A program made the translations under genes and the position numbers. Below, piece after piece: positions 60,608-64,000 of a stretch of DNA of 64,000 bases. Source of the DNA: an uncultured Clostridia bacterium (GTDB taxonomy: Bacteria > Bacillota > Clostridia > Christensenellales > UBA1242); the NCBI GenBank assembly GCA_945921465.1, contig CAMEKS010000001.1, forward strand, positions 2,745 to 66,744, written 5' to 3'. Below the pieces are notes generated by a model. That model was not told the origin of the DNA, did no database searches, and saw only the letters and a list, made by a program, of their open reading frames with translations. Within the stretch, counting starts at the first letter, position 1, and the number at the start of each line of letters is the position of its first letter.

Positions 60608-60792
60608 AGATAATATTGCAAAAGGCTATATTAACAATAGAAAAAGATCTCAGCAATTCGTAATAAAAATAGTATTAGACACGAACAAAAGTCAAAAAGT
60701 TAATAAAAATTGGCAATTATTATGAATTTGTTGACATTAAGTGGGGATTTGTTGGTATTTATAACATAGATGTGTTAGCATTTGAACAAAAA

Positions 60793-60828
60793 AACCAAGG
60801 CGATTATTAGGTTGCCTTGTTTTTTTTG
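60793..60828 (+). terminator. Rho-independent terminator candidate after the metallopeptidase pair
   Basis: CAAGGC-12 nt loop-GCCTTG followed by T8. Confidence 0.6.
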
Positions 60829-60887
60829 ATGCAATTATATGTATTATAATATTTGATCGAATACAATAACTTATGAAAAGTTGAGTT

Positions 60888-61338
60888 GGTTTGCCTTAGT
60901 CTGCAATTCAATTTGCTATCGCAAACACCGCCATTACTAGCGGCATCCTGATTGAATTAAAATCAGTTATATACAAGCGATCCATACTGGATACGTTTGT
61001 CTCTAAATTCCGATATTATAATCTATGTGTAATTGGGCTATCGCCCAATATGTACAGCCGTGCATCCCAGCCGACTAGCGTCGTCTGACACGTAGATTGT
61101 TTCCTTCGTCATATTATCTCAAGGTGTCTAGCGACTACTTTGGATAATATTCCTCGGGCACAATCTATTACTGGCTGCAGTGAATAGAATATATTTTTTA
61201 TCTTCACAATAGGGGGCTATCGCCCAATATGCACTATCGTGCATCCCAGCCGACTGGCGTCGTCTGACACATAGATTGAATTAACATCAGTTATATACAA
61301 GCGACCCATATTGGGTACGTTTGTCTCTAACTTCCGAT
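60888..61338 (+). repeat. Structured modular repeat, locus D (longest copy: L-X-Y-Z-Y-X)
   Basis: Contains two X modules (60948-61019, 61278-61338) and two Y modules (61020-61098, 61211-61277) as direct repeats around a unique Z segment (61099-61210). Confidence 0.9.
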
Positions 61339-61424
61339 AATATGTCATATTGCGATTAATGTTTTTGAAAAAGTAAGGGGGAATAGATTAAAAGTTATCC
61401 TAGTTATAATTGTTCTAGACTTTT

Positions 61425-62285
61425 TCAGTGTATTTTCTGGTCTTTGTTATTTGAAAAGCAGTACTCTGTTATCACATTAGATAGTGTAACTAATTGTGCA
61501 GCCGATAACGCTTCGCCACGTATTCCTTGAGGGAGTCCGCTTATAGATAGGATATTAGTGGTTGTGTCAGAGTCAAATCCGAAAGACGATTTTAGATTAT
61601 TAGCCAATGTCTTGCGACGCATTGCAAATGCAGCCCTGATAGTACGACGAAGAATTGATTGATCTACAACATCATATTTGTTAGGCACTATATCTATCCT
61701 AACGATTGCACTATCTACATTTGGTGCAGGGGTGAACATATGCCTACTAATGCGTTTCACAATTCTGGCATTGCCCATGGTTGCGATAGCGGCGGTTATT
61801 GCTCCATAGTTAGCAGTATTTTCTTTTGCGACCAGCCGCTCTGCAACTTCTAATTGTACCATAATGGTTAATGATTGTAGTTTAGTAGCATTGTCTAGGA
61901 ACTTAAAAATTATTGGCGTGGTTATGTAATAAGGAAGGTTTGCAATCATAGAATAGTTGCCATTGAAGTTAGCTTCGATGTCAGCCATCGTTTGTAGCAT
62001 AATATCTCCAAAAACTAATTTGACATTGGGTTTGGATGCAAACTTGTTGGTTAGGTACGGCTGCAGATTAGTATCTATCTCATAACTAACTACGTACTTA
62101 GCAGTATCGGATATTACATCAGTCAGTGTGCCTGCACCAGTGCCAATTTCTAGAACCTGCGATTGATTATCTATTCCCGCACATGCTACTATAGATCGTA
62201 GTAAATTTGTGTCAAAAATAAAATTTTGACCAAATTTCTTATTAAAATTGAAATTATATGCTTTTAATTCGTCTAGTATAGCCAT
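61425..62285 (-). CDS. rsmA: 16S rRNA (adenine1518/1519-N6)-dimethyltransferase
   Basis: KKFGQNFIFD, the SAM motif VLEIGTGAGTLT and NLPYYITTPI are typical of KsgA/RsmA. Confidence 0.92.
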   Translation of the reverse strand: MAILDELKAYNFNFNKKFGQNFIFDTNLLRSIVACAGIDNQSQVLEIGTGAGTLTDVISDTAKYVVSYEIDTNLQPYLTNKFASKPNVKLVFGDIMLQTMADIEANFNGNYSMIANLPYYITTPIIFKFLDNATKLQSLTIMVQLEVAERLVAKENTANYGAITAAIATMGNARIVKRISRHMFTPAPNVDSAIVRIDIVPNKYDVVDQSILRRTIRAAFAMRRKTLANNLKSSFGFDSDTTTNILSISGLPQGIRGEALSAAQLVTLSNVITEYCFSNNKDQKIH

Positions 62286-62433
62286 AATGCTCCTATATTT
62301 TTTTTATTTATGCGATTAATTAATCTAAAACAATTTACCTACAACCAGCGGCATTAATTAAAAATATAATATTCTGTGCCATAATTAATATTTAAGAAAC
62401 AATGTTAGAATAACTGTATAATATTTTCTATGA

Positions 62434-63219
62434 TTATTCGTTGAACTTAGGGAATATTCGCCTTAAGTTATTATGTGTTACGCTAGCTAGAGTTTCTAAT
62501 TCTACTCCCTTGATTTCACATACTTTCTCAGCAATTATCTTGATGTTTTTTGGCTCATTTGTTGTACCACGAATTGGTTCGGGAGCCATAAATGGACAAT
62601 CGGTCTCTAACACTATATCAGACAGTTCTGCTGCTTGTACTACCTCATTCAATTTTTTAGAATTCTTAAATGTTATTACTCCACCTACCCCAATAGCGAA
62701 CCCTAATTTCTTAAATATCTTAAATGAATCTACTGATTCGCTAAAGCAGTGAATTACTCCGCCGTGATTGAGATATTGTCTGTTGGCATTAAGGATATCA
62801 ATCATATCTTTGCATGCATCTCTTAGGTGAATCATAATAGGCAAATTTAATTTGTCTGCCAGTTTAATCTGAGATATTAATACTTCTTGCTGCTTTAACT
62901 TAGTGGCAACATCTTCAGAAGATATGCGATGATAGTCTAGTCCGATTTCCCCAATGCCAATAACTTTTGGATTAGTTGCCAATTCTGCCAACCTTGCCTC
63001 AGTCTCCTGATTATAATCTGCGATATCGTCTGGATGTATGCCTATAATGGCATAAATGTGAGAATACTTATTTGCTATTTCTACCGATTGTATAGAAGTC
63101 TCTAGATTATATCCCACTGCAAAAACATTGGAAATACCATTGTATTCCCAATGTTGCTGTAATATTGATATATTATTAAAGAATTCGTCTGTAAGATGTG
63201 CGTGCGAATCTATTAGCAT
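62434..63219 (-). CDS. tatD: TatD-family metal-dependent DNase/hydrolase
   Basis: MLIDSHAHL, GEIGLDY, and the HLRDA and VLETDCPFMAP motifs. Lies in the conserved metG-tatD-rsmA order. Confidence 0.9.
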   Translation of the reverse strand: MLIDSHAHLTDEFFNNISILQQHWEYNGISNVFAVGYNLETSIQSVEIANKYSHIYAIIGIHPDDIADYNQETEARLAELATNPKVIGIGEIGLDYHRISSEDVATKLKQQEVLISQIKLADKLNLPIMIHLRDACKDMIDILNANRQYLNHGGVIHCFSESVDSFKIFKKLGFAIGVGGVITFKNSKKLNEVVQAAELSDIVLETDCPFMAPEPIRGTTNEPKNIKIIAEKVCEIKGVELETLASVTHNNLRRIFPKFNE

Positions 63220-64000
63220 ACAACACTGCCGTCCTTCATAACATCGATAGGGGAGATTAGACTAAGATCATCACCATTGCAAGCACACAAAATCATACCT
63301 TCGGAAAGAATACCACGTAGTTTTACAGGTCTCAGATTGGTTACAACAACTACTTGCTTGCCGACAATGTCTTCTGGGTTGTAATGCTTTGCAATTCCGC
63401 TGACGATTGTGCGATTGACACCATTAATTCGGACGGTGTTCTTAAGTAGTTTGTCGGCCTTCTCAACTTTCTCGCTAGCGATAATTGTGCCCACCTCTAA
63501 TTTGATTCTGTCGAAGTCTTCAATAGTAATTTCTTGTATTTCGTCTGTTTTTGTCTGCTCGGTCTTGACTTCTTTGGTAGTGTCGGGGGAGGTGTTGGAC
63601 TCTTGATTAAGGAATTCCAACTCTTTGGCAATGTCTAGTCTAGGGAAGATTGATTCTCCCTTAGTGACAACTCCTCCGTAATTCTTAATATCAAACACAA
63701 TGGCACTATCTATGGTTTTTTTGTCAACAGATGTACCCAATTTGTCAAAAATTTTATTCGGAATTTCTATTAAGAATGCCTGTAGGTAACAAGTGCAAAT
63801 TCTTATAGTCTCGGCCAGAGTATATAGAACAGTTGCTAGTCTATCCTTATCCGTCTTTGCTAGCACCCAAGGAGTGGTAATATCTATATATTTGTTGGCA
63901 TATCTGATCACATCAAATATTTCTCTTAGTGCGATGTCAACTCGCTCATCATCCATAGCGGTTTCTAGTTTGGTGTTAAGACCATTACACATATCTATCA
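63213..64000 (-). CDS. metG: Methionine--tRNA ligase, C-terminal part (anticodon-binding helices plus Trbp111/EMAP-like tRNA-binding domain); N-terminus lies beyond the right window edge
   Basis: ANKYIDITTPWVLAK and a C-terminal OB-fold (IEDFDRIKLEVGTIIASEKVEKADKLLK...VVVVTNLRPVKLRGILSEGMIL). The frame stays open to position 64000, so the track Met at 63992 is internal. Confidence 0.88.
   Translation of the reverse strand, partial: IDMCNGLNTKLETAMDDERVDIALREIFDVIRYANKYIDITTPWVLAKTDKDRLATVLYTLAETIRICTCYLQAFLIEIPNKIFDKLGTSVDKKTIDSAIVFDIKNYGGVVTKGESIFPRLDIAKELEFLNQESNTSPDTTKEVKTEQTKTDEIQEITIEDFDRIKLEVGTIIASEKVEKADKLLKNTVRINGVNRTIVSGIAKHYNPEDIVGKQVVVVTNLRPVKLRGILSEGMILCACNGDDLSLISPIDVMKDGSVVC

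Noticed and set aside
47574-61338. CRISPR array, retron msr/msd, group II intron, or IscB/IsrB/TnpB omega-RNA (HEARO-like) interpretations of the repeat family.
   Set aside because: There is no regular repeat-spacer periodicity, no cas genes, no reverse transcriptase and no group II domain-5-like hairpin. The only co-oriented neighbouring ORF (375 aa) lacks RuvC, HNH or any nuclease motif I can recognise. These ideas remain untested, not disproven.
1-64000. Alternative genetic code (for example UGA as Trp) or stop-codon reassignment.
   Set aside because: Long housekeeping ORFs (addAB, glyQS, tex, glnS, ATPase) are intact and end at sensible positions under the standard code. The only interrupted gene (dnaX) ends at TAA and needs a frame change, not readthrough.

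Overview
Low-GC (roughly one third G+C by eye) bacterial chromosome segment read with the standard code. The gene content looks like a Clostridia-like Bacillota genome; this is inference from content and synteny. Most of the window is housekeeping genes in Bacillus-type syntenies: addB-addA, a P-type ATPase/uridine-kinase-like/glyQS operon, dnaX-ybaB-recR, mrnC-rlmB-sigH-like, tex, glnS and metG-tatD-rsmA. Between these sit very large surface or membrane proteins: an MBG-repeat lipoprotein, a 1543-aa doubly duplicated transglutaminase lipoprotein, a 1145-aa GLUG-repeat protein and a 1666-aa membrane protein. There are also several ORFan genes and one tRNA-Gln(CUG). I saw no rRNA, CRISPR array, transposase, integrase or obvious prophage. 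Three things stand out. (1) A modular, densely hairpinned repeat family (modules I call L, X, Y, Z) occupies four intergenic loci between 47.5 and 61.4 kb. It shows compensatory base changes and a consistent G-U versus A-C strand bias, so it looks like a structured RNA family or a MITE-like element that I cannot assign to any known class. (2) A same-orientation cluster of consensus DnaA boxes with an AT-rich spacer lies at 54.99-55.21 kb, with no dnaA gene in the window. (3) dnaX is split into two ORFs that overlap in the +1 frame at an AGGAG-N5-CCC-UAA site resembling the prfB-type programmed frameshift. The supplied ORF track omits ORFs that run off the window edges (1..2377 minus strand, and metG at the right edge) and ORFs shorter than 60 aa. 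I translated those by hand.
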